From IMG/VR virus record IMGVR_UViG_3300030332_001635, positions 1-35,311 of that record: a DNA stretch of 35,311 nucleotides; one strand, written 5' to 3'. Position numbers and translations under genes: made by a program. The notes under the pieces were generated by a model. It was given only the letters and a program-made list of their open reading frames with translations. It ran no database searches and was not told the DNA's origin. This document shows positions 24,107 to 34,327 of this stretch, in pieces. The DNA comes from a virus (lineage: Duplodnaviria > Caudoviricetes). Every line of letters starts with the position of its first letter. The first letter of the stretch is position 1.

Positions 24107-27045
24107 TGGCCGAGTATTCAACCCCAGAGGAAGAAGAAAGAAGAAGACGAAGGGAGCAAATGAAAGAAGAGGCGGGGTCCGTCTTCGGTCAGGCCAATCC
24201 CGATGGACCGGCAGAGGCAGACTTAAAGCAGAGTTCCGGATATGGCCGCCCTTATGGAGATACCTCTGGGTGGGTGAAAGAGGCGGCAGGCTCATCGCCT
24301 AGAGATCCACTAATTGCATCGCGTGCTCCTGTGTCAACCTTTACTGCGCCAGGTTCTATTAAGTCCGGGCTAGAGGCAAGCCCTGGCCTTGTCCGTCAGA
24401 GTTCTGGCGCTCCTGGCTCTGCTGGCTTTATTGGGGGAGATCCCTCAAGGTGGAGGGCATCAGACCCAGAAGTCCCAAGTACATATGAGCAGATGCAGGG
24501 GTCGCCAACGACTTATCCAGATACCCCCAGGACCCATCAGCAGGACTACATAGATCAGTTTATTGCGGATGCTAGATCTAGACAGGGCATAGCCATTGAC
24601 TCTGCGGCTGCGGGAATAGCGGGCGGTGAGGTAAGCGATACGATAAAGCATCAGCAGGAGAGAGCGAGGCAGTCTGCCTTGTCTGCTGCTGCGGGCGCAA
24701 GAGGTATACCCGCCTCGGCAGTTCATCGGATGAAAACACAGCAGCTGTCTGAGGCAGATAGGGCTGCAACTGAAGCAGCTGCGACGCAGCAGATGCAAGC
24801 CATGCAGATGGTGGATGACGCAAAGAAGGCCGATGCTCAGATCAATGCACAGCTAGAGGGCCAAAGAGACAACATGATACAGACCCTGATTGGCCAGGGC
24901 GTCCAAAGAGATGTTGCCATTATGCAAGTCGATGCTCAATTAGAGCAGCAGCGCAGGGATTTGGCTTATAAGTATTGGGCCGGTAAGCTTGGGGCATCAA
25001 CAGAGGTGGTTAAATCGTCTATTGAGGCAACTGGCTTCTTCTCTGATGAGGTAAGCACCGTTGCAGAGATGGCTCCAATCATTAACGTACTTATGGGCTT
25101 TGGTGTTCCTGGTGGGGATACCTATGGGGTCCCAACGCAAACTGTTGTTGGGTCTAGAGAAGGCGAGATTGGTCTTGCGACGAGATCTGGAGGGGAGGCT
25201 CCCCCTAAGGGCTATGTGAAAAACGAGGCCACAGGGAGATGGGAGCTTCAGGAGGGATACAGCAAGCCGGACCCTGTGATCGTAACCCGTACAAATGCTC
25301 AGGGCAATCTCGTTGAGATGATGAAGGTATGGGATGAAGATAGGGGCACATGGGAATATGTATTCGAAATAGATGCTGATACGGAGGCGTGGCTGGCGGC
25401 GCGTGACCATCGAGACAGGACTTCTAATTCGGCGGGGCTGGCGAATGCGCGGATCGGCATGCAGAATAAATTTCGAGAGGCGGATGGCCTCCCGGAGATG
25501 ACAGAGGAAGAGGAACTCGCCTTTGTGGAGGATAACATAAGGACTTTTGGGGTTGCGAGTGAGAATAAGCGTCGAGTAGCAGATGGCCAGTTCGAGATGA
25601 CGGAATCGGAGGCGGAGGCTTATGTCCAGGAAGTGCTGGCCGCATATGCCGAGAGATTCGGGGGGACTACAAGCGATGAAGTGGCAAAACAAAATATTGA
25701 GCCCACGGGGATTGGAGGCTACACCTCTGATGATCCAGGCCCATCATTTGAGGGGGATAGGAAGGATAGGCTTCTTGGCGGGCTCAGTCCTGACTTGTCC
25801 CAGAAATCAAAGGGCTTACTCCCGTCTAGCCCAGCAGGCGAGGAGGCAGGCGTTCTGCCTTATGACTGGAGAGACACAGCTACTACCGGACTAAAAGCAA
25901 CCAAGGAAGTTCTTGGTGGGATAGGGGCTGCCCTCCCCCTCTTGGGTGCCAAGGGTAAAAAACAAAAAGAAGCTGCGCTCCAGAGGTTTGGAACATACGG
26001 ACTCGGTAAGGCTCTCGAGGGAGGTGCCTATCTCCTTGATGATGGCCCTGAGGACTTAAGCAGAAGAGTCGCAGATCACACTAAGAGCCTCATAGAGGCA
26101 TCAGCTGAGGGCAATGAGGCGCTACTTAATGCCGCCGAAGGCGTAGGTAAGGAGGCTGCCAAGGAGGTGCTCGGCGAGGGGGGATCTATCGTCTCCGATA
26201 TAGCAGCAGCAGCTGGAGATGGTGCTACAGATGTTGCCGCGGATGCAGCAGGGGCAGCCGCAGATGCGGGAGGGGCTTCGATCCCTGTTGTGGGTCCCAG
26301 CATGAAGCTAGCCTCTGGTCTTCTGGGTGGGAAAGATCCAGGAGAGACTGCCGCAAGGGCCACCGGTAGCCTTATCGGGGGTGCAGCTGGTTCTGCTCTT
26401 GGCCCTCTTGGGACTGCGGCTGGAAGTTTTCTTGGAGATCTCGGAGGCAAGGCCTTATCCGGCATGTTCGGCGGTACGAATCTATCTAACTACGACCCTG
26501 ATGCAGCACCTAACCTAGACATAGGTAGCTCGTTGACTCCCCCTGGAGACCTCGCCTACTCCGGATACAGTCCAGCCCGCTTTGTTAATTCTGGGTTTGA
26601 GACAAAGACATCTGTTGAAGGTCTGCATGTGCCGGATGCCCTCTCCTACTCTAGCCCGCAGCCCACCTTAGGCAACCTTGGGCAGCAACTGAGGTGGGAC
26701 TCTCCTGGGACCATAAGCGATGAGGAGGCAAAGTCTGGAGTTGGTCCATCTCAGGATGAGCTATCTAATTTCCTAAGAGAGCTTAACCCGGTAAAGTACG
26801 ACTACAAGCCCGAGTTTGGCGGGGAGACAGATCAATACGGCATCATAGCTCAAGACGCAGAGAAGACTGCTCCGGGTAAATCATTCGTCAGCAAGGACGA
26901 GAATGGTGTGAGAAGGATAGACTCGGGCAAGGCAACGATGGTTGGATTAGCAGCAGACGCAAATCAGCAAAGATTGATCGATTCTCAGTCTATGATGATT
27001 GCGGGTCTGCTTAAGCGATTAGACCGAATCGAAGGAAAGGCGTAG
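24106..27045 (+). CDS. Internal virion (ejection) protein with C-terminal peptidase S74-like intramolecular chaperone domain
   Basis: Ala/Gln/Gly-rich with glycine-zipper segments. C-terminal SDEEAK...LRELNPVKYDYK...YGIIAQDAEK followed by a coiled coil. Confidence 0.7.
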   Translation: MAEYSTPEEEERRRRREQMKEEAGSVFGQANPDGPAEADLKQSSGYGRPYGDTSGWVKEAAGSSPRDPLIASRAPVSTFTAPGSIKSGLEASPGLVRQSSGAPGSAGFIGGDPSRWRASDPEVPSTYEQMQGSPTTYPDTPRTHQQDYIDQFIADARSRQGIAIDSAAAGIAGGEVSDTIKHQQERARQSALSAAAGARGIPASAVHRMKTQQLSEADRAATEAAATQQMQAMQMVDDAKKADAQINAQLEGQRDNMIQTLIGQGVQRDVAIMQVDAQLEQQRRDLAYKYWAGKLGASTEVVKSSIEATGFFSDEVSTVAEMAPIINVLMGFGVPGGDTYGVPTQTVVGSREGEIGLATRSGGEAPPKGYVKNEATGRWELQEGYSKPDPVIVTRTNAQGNLVEMMKVWDEDRGTWEYVFEIDADTEAWLAARDHRDRTSNSAGLANARIGMQNKFREADGLPEMTEEEELAFVEDNIRTFGVASENKRRVADGQFEMTESEAEAYVQEVLAAYAERFGGTTSDEVAKQNIEPTGIGGYTSDDPGPSFEGDRKDRLLGGLSPDLSQKSKGLLPSSPAGEEAGVLPYDWRDTATTGLKATKEVLGGIGAALPLLGAKGKKQKEAALQRFGTYGLGKALEGGAYLLDDGPEDLSRRVADHTKSLIEASAEGNEALLNAAEGVGKEAAKEVLGEGGSIVSDIAAAAGDGATDVAADAAGAAADAGGASIPVVGPSMKLASGLLGGKDPGETAARATGSLIGGAAGSALGPLGTAAGSFLGDLGGKALSGMFGGTNLSNYDPDAAPNLDIGSSLTPPGDLAYSGYSPARFVNSGFETKTSVEGLHVPDALSYSSPQPTLGNLGQQLRWDSPGTISDEEAKSGVGPSQDELSNFLRELNPVKYDYKPEFGGETDQYGIIAQDAEKTAPGKSFVSKDENGVRRIDSGKATMVGLAADANQQRLIDSQSMMIAGLLKRLDRIEGKA

Positions 27046-27049
27046 TAAA

Positions 27050-29860
27050 ATGGCTGATGCGCAGAAAAGAAGGCTTGCGTGGTTGTTTGAGGACTCCCCA
27101 GAGGAGCGAAAAGCGTCCCGACAGGCGTCCTTCGATTTGGTCCAGTCGCTCAAGGAGAGGAGAGATAAGCATTCGCTAGGATCGCTCTTCCCTGGAGGGT
27201 CGGGTCGCTCCCCCGAGCAAGAAGAAAAAGCCTTTAAGGCCTGGATGGAGAGACAGGACGAAGCAAATCAACTGGCCAGGAGGGAGAAGGCGGAGTACGA
27301 AGAGAAGAAAGGCTCGGTGGCCGCTGAGGCTGAAAGATATGGCGAGCTATCTCCAGGCGAGCAAGAGCGCACTGCCGTTCCGGTTCACCCCTTCTACACA
27401 GGGAAAATCAAGTCCGCAGAAGAAGAGGGAAGGCTGAGTTCTGTCCATGAGAGAGCCCATCTGCCGGAGCATTTGAGGAAGGCCTATGCTGGTGCCTCTA
27501 GTGAGGAAGAGGCCAGAGGGATAGATCCCGAAAGAGTCGCACAAAGTGGAATTGCATCCATGCCAAAAGAGGGCGAAGCAATGTCTCCCGAGGAGGCCGA
27601 AATCCTTCTGGCTCCAGGAGAGTTGGAAGAAGCGCAGAGGCAGTTTTACTCAAAGCAGATGTCCGTTGATGACTCCGACCAGATGTCCCTTGAGGACCCA
27701 GAGGTACTGACGCGTCTCGCCAGGGCAACAGGCCTTCCTAAGAAATCAATAATAAAAGCTCGGAAGGCGACCGAAAGAAGCCAGGGTGAAAGGCCTCCTG
27801 GATCTCTCGGAAGATCGCTCGCCATGGATAGCTTCAGAGCCAGAAACAATGAAGATATGCTGGCTCTTGCGAAGGAAAATTCTGAGATAAGGGCGAGGCA
27901 AAAGAAGAATGTCGAAAAGCATGCCCTTCTAAGGGCAGAGGTTCAAGGGGAAGAAGACTACCACCTCTTCATGAAAGACAATGAAGCCATGTGGGCAAAA
28001 GGCGAAAGAGATAAAGCCTTTGAGGCCTGGAGGAAGAGACAGATCAAGGCAAATGAGCTAACAGATCATCTTGTGACGCAGGCAACGACTGAGCGGCAAA
28101 TGTCTGGTTGGGACATCTTCAAGAAATCAGCTCTTGGTATTGGTGCTGTTCTTGCTGCTGCCGGGACTGTGGTCGGTCAGGGAGTTTTTGCGAAGAAGGG
28201 CGCAAAGATGCCAAACGTTCTCATGCCACTAATCATGAAAGCTATCGATGCAGATGTTTTCTCCATGCGGCAAGAGAAGAAATCATTTATCGATAAAGCC
28301 GGTGTTGCGATGAATTATGCGGCAGAGGTCAGGAAGAACTTCAAAAGCGAGGCTGAGTCCATAAAGCATATGAAAAAGGCAGGCCTTCTCTATTGGGACA
28401 AAATGCTCGAAAGGGAGAAAAAACGCCTTAGCCTTAATGGGCAAAAGAACATTAGCGATATTCAGGATGCGATAAATCTCGAGCTAAACAAGAATCAGAT
28501 GGAGTCCATGGATAAGGAATCTAAACTGATTGAGGGAAATATTCAGTCAGCATCGAAAACCCTTAACCAGGAAGCATTAGCTGATTACAACAGATCAAAC
28601 GCAGACGATGCGAGATATAAGGCAACGAAGACCCTAAGGGAGCTACAAAACGCAGACGATTATGGGCTCGATAAGATGCCTGCGAAGGAAGAGGGGCATA
28701 CGACAGAGAGGCTCCATATGCTCCAGGAGATTCCAGAGCTTAAGATGAAGCTGGTGCGGCTCTTTAAGGATACTGCAATGCCTGGAGGCGTCTTTGACGA
28801 ATCAAACCTCAAAGAGGCGCTAACGGTTAGTACTGTTGACTTTATCTCTAAGTGGACACGAAGACAGTATCCCGACAACGAGAAAGTTGCTAACGAGCAA
28901 ACTCAGCGACTGGTAAAGACCCTTAAGACCCTTCAGCGTGTCTATGCCACAAACATAGAGGGCAGAGGGCTGACAAACCAGGATGCTGGTTTTTATGAGG
29001 ACGCCCTTGGCCTCGATCTGGATACCGTATCTATCTTGTCAGTCATCAATGGGCTAGCCCGTGTGGAGTACCACGACAAGCTAAAAGTCATATCATCGCT
29101 ATCCTCACTCAGTGCAAAGGCTCGCGGTGCTTGGGATGATAAGATTAGAACAATCTCCGGAGGGGTTGGCGTCCACGAGGTTATGAGCAATTTTCGCAAA
29201 AGCCTTAGAGCCAATATCGACAGAACTAAAAACATGGTTCCCTTCAATGTTGGCGTTGTGGATATTAACCTTTCTGGCGAGCTTATGGACGCAAGGGTAG
29301 ATAGGCTGGTTAATGAATGGAAAGCAGCCGTCGTAAGCTCAACGTCATCAGACAGGCCACACAAGGGTGATCAAGCAAAGCAGCAGGCGCAGCTAAACGA
29401 AGCCTCTGGGATCGTCAACCCCAGGGACAATAAGCAGTACGAGCTTGTCCCAATACCAACGAAAGATGGGAAAGAGGCCTACCTCCCAAAAGAGAAAGCA
29501 GACAGATGGATTAGGTTTAAGAGATGGGCCAAAAAAATAAACCCAGCGCTTAACTTTGAGGTTACTGGTCACCGATCAGGAGCAAGGACGGCGGAGATGA
29601 CGGCGGAGCTTCGGGCCGAGGGGAAGGAGCCGTCTGACCATGGGCTGCACACCGAACATGGTGGTTATAGAGGTCTTGATATTGCCCTGGGTGGCTTTGA
29701 TACGCCGGAGTATAAATTCATGAGGGAGTATGGAAAGCTCTGGGGAATTGTTCCAGGTCATACACAGCCTGGAGAGCCAGGAACATACAAAGGCTACTGG
29801 CATTGGGTGTTTGAAGATGAGATTCCAAGCGAGGCCTTCAGAGCGCCCAGTAAAGGATAG
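27050..29860 (+). CDS. Internal virion (ejection) protein with C-terminal M15/VanY-like peptidoglycan peptidase
   Basis: Helical, with a hydrophobic LGIGAVLAAAGTVVG segment. C-terminal SGART...H..G..GLDI...YKFMREYG..WG...WHWVF. Confidence 0.7.
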   Translation: MADAQKRRLAWLFEDSPEERKASRQASFDLVQSLKERRDKHSLGSLFPGGSGRSPEQEEKAFKAWMERQDEANQLARREKAEYEEKKGSVAAEAERYGELSPGEQERTAVPVHPFYTGKIKSAEEEGRLSSVHERAHLPEHLRKAYAGASSEEEARGIDPERVAQSGIASMPKEGEAMSPEEAEILLAPGELEEAQRQFYSKQMSVDDSDQMSLEDPEVLTRLARATGLPKKSIIKARKATERSQGERPPGSLGRSLAMDSFRARNNEDMLALAKENSEIRARQKKNVEKHALLRAEVQGEEDYHLFMKDNEAMWAKGERDKAFEAWRKRQIKANELTDHLVTQATTERQMSGWDIFKKSALGIGAVLAAAGTVVGQGVFAKKGAKMPNVLMPLIMKAIDADVFSMRQEKKSFIDKAGVAMNYAAEVRKNFKSEAESIKHMKKAGLLYWDKMLEREKKRLSLNGQKNISDIQDAINLELNKNQMESMDKESKLIEGNIQSASKTLNQEALADYNRSNADDARYKATKTLRELQNADDYGLDKMPAKEEGHTTERLHMLQEIPELKMKLVRLFKDTAMPGGVFDESNLKEALTVSTVDFISKWTRRQYPDNEKVANEQTQRLVKTLKTLQRVYATNIEGRGLTNQDAGFYEDALGLDLDTVSILSVINGLARVEYHDKLKVISSLSSLSAKARGAWDDKIRTISGGVGVHEVMSNFRKSLRANIDRTKNMVPFNVGVVDINLSGELMDARVDRLVNEWKAAVVSSTSSDRPHKGDQAKQQAQLNEASGIVNPRDNKQYELVPIPTKDGKEAYLPKEKADRWIRFKRWAKKINPALNFEVTGHRSGARTAEMTAELRAEGKEPSDHGLHTEHGGYRGLDIALGGFDTPEYKFMREYGKLWGIVPGHTQPGEPGTYKGYWHWVFEDEIPSEAFRAPSKG

Positions 29861-29866
29861 TAGATA

Positions 29867-32800
29867 ATGGCTACCCTATTTAATGAGAAAACCGGAGGCA
29901 TTGAGAGTAATGTCGCAGAAAGCGAAGTGGATGATAAAATCCTTTCCGGGGGCTACAGGTACGCAGGTGGTCCTGGTGACTTGCTTTGGGTCCAAGACGC
30001 TTCTGGCAACCCATTAAAGGTAGAGGCCACAAGGGCAGCTGACTACATACGTGCCGGTACGGCGACTCACGTATCCCCCCTTAAAATCCAGCAATGGCAC
30101 GAGAATCAGGAATTCGCAGACAGTGGGCTTGGTGCGGTCGCTGCTGCTGCACTTGGTGTTGACGACTATCTCCTTGCCGGGCTCCCGTCGTCTATTGGCG
30201 AGGCAACCGGTCTTATCGATGAGGGGCTTACAGAGGCTATTCAGGCTCGAAACCCGTGGATATACCACGGTACGGGTGCTCCCCTCGCTGTTGCTGCCGC
30301 ACTCTACAGCGGTGGAACGTCCCTGATGGGGCGTGCTAGTCTTGCCGCAGGGAGGGGCCTCGTTGGCCAGGCGTCAAGGCAGATTGCCGCAGAGGCCGCC
30401 GAGCATCAGGCAAAGGGTATTGTTAAGAGGGGGTTTAACCAGGCTGGTGAGATCCTCGGGAAATATACCCTTCCCGGAATATCATCAAAGATAGGAGCAA
30501 AGGTAGCAGAAGGCACAACTGCGGGTCTTTTCAAGGCTGGTAATAAATACCTCCCATACAAAATGGGTAATTCGGCTATTGCCAGAAGCCTTGGCGCTGG
30601 TGGATCTAAAGTTGTTGGCGCTATGGCTGGCGGTTTTGTCGAAGGCGGCATGTGGGGTGCCGGTGAAGGTATTAGCGAATCTGTCCTTGGTGAGCCAGAA
30701 GATGCAGCCGAGCACATCCTCAACTCTGTCGGAACAAACGCCTTGATTGGTCTTATGTTTGGTGGTGCTGTATCCTCTGCCGTCCCTATGCTCACAGGTG
30801 CGAAGGGCATGGGATATAGCGTCCTCAATAAAATAATAGATGTTGGTGACAGCGGAGGAGAAAAGGCATTTAGCAAGGTCAGGGACCACATCGTTAAGGT
30901 TGCAGCAGAAACTCATAACCTAAGCCAAACACAGCAAGGAAGACTTAGAGATCTGCTCACCCTCAAAGATAAGGCGGGTGATGATTATCGCACCCTTAAG
31001 GATGTTCGTGACAATATAGAAGGCCATGCAAATGAGATCTTAAAGTATGTCGATACCCAGCTTCTCGCTGACGATTATATCCAGATGGCCGATATGAGTG
31101 GGTTCAGTCGAAAGTTCTTGGCCGATGAAGTGGTTAAATCAAACTACGTGAGCCAGGGCAAAGGCATCCCATCTAATGTCCTCGATATTGTTCGCAATGT
31201 TCGCGACCCATTGAAGGGCTACCGAAGAGAAGTTTTTGAGATTGGGAGGAAACACCCTGCGACCGATGCAGATGGCACCATCACTCGTCTTATAATCGAC
31301 GCAGATATAGCCGAACTTAAGGCTTATAGGTCTCTTTTTTCTGAGTCCGTTGAGGGTGTTGTTAAAAAGGGAAATGCCCAGAGACGCACTGTCTTAATGA
31401 AGAAACGTGCAGCAAAAGATGCGGCAGATAAAAAGGTGGACGCCTTTAAAACATACTGGAGAAGGCAAAGAGAGGAAAGGAATTTAAATCTTCTGAAGGA
31501 CAAGCTTAGGAAGGCCCACGAGGAACGCATTAAGGGCGGAAAAGGAGGCTTTACAGACTTTGATGAGCTTGAGCTTGAGCATGCTTTAAAGCTGGCAGAG
31601 GATACTGGCGACATTGCCGATCTCTTGCGCATAGTCAATGAGGTTAGAGGCAAGGTAAAGGCAAAAGACATCCTTGGCCCAGAGGTCATGGAAGAATGGA
31701 GCAAGGTTAAAAAACTTTTAAAAAAGGATGAGGTAGACCTATCCGAAGACGCAATTAATCACATAGATATGGCCATTCCTCAGCTGCGAAAATCTATTGA
31801 TAGCCATATAAAGATCCTCTCCAAAAGGCGCTCTGCTGATGTGGTAGACCCCGTTGACTCTGGCATGCTCGATTATATGGATGCTACGCTCTCCCCTAAT
31901 GGAAGCACACTTCGCCAGAATCTTGATGACGCGTCGAATAGGCTACAGATCGGCTACCATGATAAAGCCCATGCGGGCATTACCGCAGACGCATACAAGT
32001 CCCTCGAGGTGCTTCAGACGCGGCTCCATAGAGAGATCTACTACGGCAAAAGATTGTCTGATCAGATCCCTGATATCGACTACAGGATCAAGTCTGCGAT
32101 TGATAATCTCCAGTCCGAGATGAAAGATCAAAACAACTGGGGAATTCTTGCGCAGCACAAGGAGCGATTCAACGAGCTAGCCAATACGCTGAAAGATATG
32201 AAGGAGAAGAATCTCTCAAAGTTCACAGAGAGCATCGAGTCTCCTGTTGCAACTACGGGCAAGCTTGTTAGCTACCTGAGGAAGCTCGACAAAAATACTG
32301 CTGATGCAGACACAGCGAAGCTTAAGGTTTATCATGAAAGGTCGTTAGAGCTGATGGAGTTTATCCGTGATAGCTTCGACCCTGCGGCTATGGATGGTGT
32401 TCCTGCTGTAGCCAAGAGCAAGTTGAATGCAAAACTTGCAAGGCTAAAGAAGATCCCCCTTAGAGATAAGCGTCTTGGTAAGATCCCTACAGAGGATGAA
32501 TTCAAGGGCCGGATGGATGATCTAATCGGGTTTTTTAGCCAAAACGCCGAGGACCTTGGGAAGAAGATTGAGTTCATGAGGGAAGAACTGCCTATTGCAA
32601 ATCTGCTCATGGGGCCTCAGGCAGCTGCGGCAAACCTTAATCAGTCCCTCAGGGAAGTTGGTCGCGGCGGGATTGTTGGCGTTGGGACATATGCTTTGAC
32701 TGGATCTCCAACTCTGTCTGTCATGGGAGGGGCCTTGGCCGGGCTTACGGGCATGGCTCAGAATCCAAAGCAGCTGGTGAACATGATGCATCAGCTTAGG

Positions 32801-33664
32801 AGTATAAGGAACGTAAGCAAGAATTCCGTTACTGAGGCATTTGACTCATGGAGTCAGAACGAAATTCCACGAAGTGCAATTCACAGGGGCTGGGAGCATC
32901 AAGCCAGGCAGACATTCCTTATTGCATCATCTCCGCTTCGCAGAGACCCAGCAGGTACTCAGGCTGAGAGACGCAAGAAGGCAGCTAAGACTAGATCTAT
33001 AGACGCATGGCAATCCAGAATACAAGAAGCCCTTGGTTCACCCCTAGAGGCGGATAGCTTCTTTGAGGCTAGGGCATCCATTGAGCAGCTTTCAGCAAGC
33101 AGCATGACAATGGAGAGGTTCCTTGATGAAACTACAAGGGTCTTCGCTGAAGCTCCGGACGTGAGAAAGGCAATGAAGTCTCTCATCAGGAACCATGTGG
33201 AGATTGCAAAGCGCGCTATCCCTAAGACATCAAGAAGTTCTATGTTTAATGAGGAGTATCCCCCAACCCCTGTCCAGCTTCAGAAATTTGCAGGTGTCTT
33301 GCAGATGCTTACAGATCCCGTCGAGACCCTCCTAACAGGAATGCTCACAGGAACCCTTACCACGCAGACAGTTGCAACTCTAAAGGAGGCATGGCCTAAG
33401 GTCTACTCTGACGTTTATGAAAAGGCCATGGATACTCTCTCCGACAAAGACAAGATGAAGAGCCTTAACCAAGGGCAAAAGCAAACCTTGGCAACGCTGC
33501 TTGGTCTTCCGTATGCAAACCAGAACGAGCTATCGAGAATGCAACAAAACTATGAAGGAGAAGAAGAGAAGCCAGGGCCAAGCCGAGGCCCAAGAGGAGA
33601 AGGCATCACCTCTTTCTCGCAAGCGTCATCAGGGGGAACAATGACAGCGATAGTTGAAAGATAA
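29867..33664 (+). CDS. Large internal virion / DNA transfer (ejection) protein
   Basis: 1265 aa, helical, with Gly/Ala-rich hydrophobic segments. Third large gene after the nozzle, as in podoviruses. Confidence 0.65.
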   Translation: MATLFNEKTGGIESNVAESEVDDKILSGGYRYAGGPGDLLWVQDASGNPLKVEATRAADYIRAGTATHVSPLKIQQWHENQEFADSGLGAVAAAALGVDDYLLAGLPSSIGEATGLIDEGLTEAIQARNPWIYHGTGAPLAVAAALYSGGTSLMGRASLAAGRGLVGQASRQIAAEAAEHQAKGIVKRGFNQAGEILGKYTLPGISSKIGAKVAEGTTAGLFKAGNKYLPYKMGNSAIARSLGAGGSKVVGAMAGGFVEGGMWGAGEGISESVLGEPEDAAEHILNSVGTNALIGLMFGGAVSSAVPMLTGAKGMGYSVLNKIIDVGDSGGEKAFSKVRDHIVKVAAETHNLSQTQQGRLRDLLTLKDKAGDDYRTLKDVRDNIEGHANEILKYVDTQLLADDYIQMADMSGFSRKFLADEVVKSNYVSQGKGIPSNVLDIVRNVRDPLKGYRREVFEIGRKHPATDADGTITRLIIDADIAELKAYRSLFSESVEGVVKKGNAQRRTVLMKKRAAKDAADKKVDAFKTYWRRQREERNLNLLKDKLRKAHEERIKGGKGGFTDFDELELEHALKLAEDTGDIADLLRIVNEVRGKVKAKDILGPEVMEEWSKVKKLLKKDEVDLSEDAINHIDMAIPQLRKSIDSHIKILSKRRSADVVDPVDSGMLDYMDATLSPNGSTLRQNLDDASNRLQIGYHDKAHAGITADAYKSLEVLQTRLHREIYYGKRLSDQIPDIDYRIKSAIDNLQSEMKDQNNWGILAQHKERFNELANTLKDMKEKNLSKFTESIESPVATTGKLVSYLRKLDKNTADADTAKLKVYHERSLELMEFIRDSFDPAAMDGVPAVAKSKLNAKLARLKKIPLRDKRLGKIPTEDEFKGRMDDLIGFFSQNAEDLGKKIEFMREELPIANLLMGPQAAAANLNQSLREVGRGGIVGVGTYALTGSPTLSVMGGALAGLTGMAQNPKQLVNMMHQLRSIRNVSKNSVTEAFDSWSQNEIPRSAIHRGWEHQARQTFLIASSPLRRDPAGTQAERRKKAAKTRSIDAWQSRIQEALGSPLEADSFFEARASIEQLSASSMTMERFLDETTRVFAEAPDVRKAMKSLIRNHVEIAKRAIPKTSRSSMFNEEYPPTPVQLQKFAGVLQMLTDPVETLLTGMLTGTLTTQTVATLKEAWPKVYSDVYEKAMDTLSDKDKMKSLNQGQKQTLATLLGLPYANQNELSRMQQNYEGEEEKPGPSRGPRGEGITSFSQASSGGTMTAIVER

Positions 33665-33685
33665 GCCAGACAGAGCTAATATAAT
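33654..33685 (+). promoter_or_regulatory. Putative sigma70 promoter for tail-fibre/lysis genes
   Basis: TTGAAA-17 bp-TAATAT with an overlapping TATAAT at 33680-33685. Confidence 0.5.
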
Positions 33686-33743
33686 ATTACCACTTGGGAT
33701 GAAGATATGTCCCGACTCGCAATAGAGTCCCTAGGAGAGAATA

Positions 33744-34319
33744 GTGAGAATTTTTAAATACAGAGAATCCCTAGCAGCGTCTTCGGCTATCACCGAATTG
33801 AAGGCTATTGACCTTCAGCTGCAGAACCACTCAAAAATTACAGTTGCCCTTTATACAACATCAACAAATGTCCGGATTAAACTGAAGTATATCTTTGGCA
33901 CTGATCAACCCAAAAGTATGGCGGTTGCAGGTGGCGGAGTTCAGACAGTCACTGGCGCTACGGCGGCAAATCCTGTTGTGTTTACATCCGCATCCCATGG
34001 ATATGTCGTTGGTGACATTATAAGGGTTCAGGACAGCACTGTTCAGGACTATAATGTTGAAGGCACTGCTTCGGCTGTAGCGACTAACACTTTTACCCTT
34101 GGCCAGATTAGCACTTCCGGAGCAAGTTCCTTCTCCGGAACCGCAACTGCCACCTATCGCGGAACAGAGACTGACATTCAGACCATCGATCTAACCTCTG
34201 GCACCCTGACTCTTGTCAACTTTGACATGAAGCTTGGGTTTCTTCGAATCACCCGAGACGACACTGGAAGTGCTCCTGGTGGCGGTGCTCTTTATATCGA
34301 CGCCACAGCGGCAAAGTGA
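33744..34319 (+). CDS. Tail-associated virion protein with inserted beta domain
   Basis: AGGAG RBS and GTG start. VTGATAANPVVFTSASHGYVVGD...TNTFTL motif is common in phage tail proteins. Confidence 0.65.
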   Translation: MRIFKYRESLAASSAITELKAIDLQLQNHSKITVALYTTSTNVRIKLKYIFGTDQPKSMAVAGGGVQTVTGATAANPVVFTSASHGYVVGDIIRVQDSTVQDYNVEGTASAVATNTFTLGQISTSGASSFSGTATATYRGTETDIQTIDLTSGTLTLVNFDMKLGFLRITRDDTGSAPGGGALYIDATAAK

Positions 34320-34327
34320 GGTAAGTT

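Noticed and set aside
24460-26465. Long antisense ORFs such as 24997..25692 and 26076..26465
   Set aside because: Shadow ORFs of the Ala/Gly-rich ejection gene, with no RBS or motifs.
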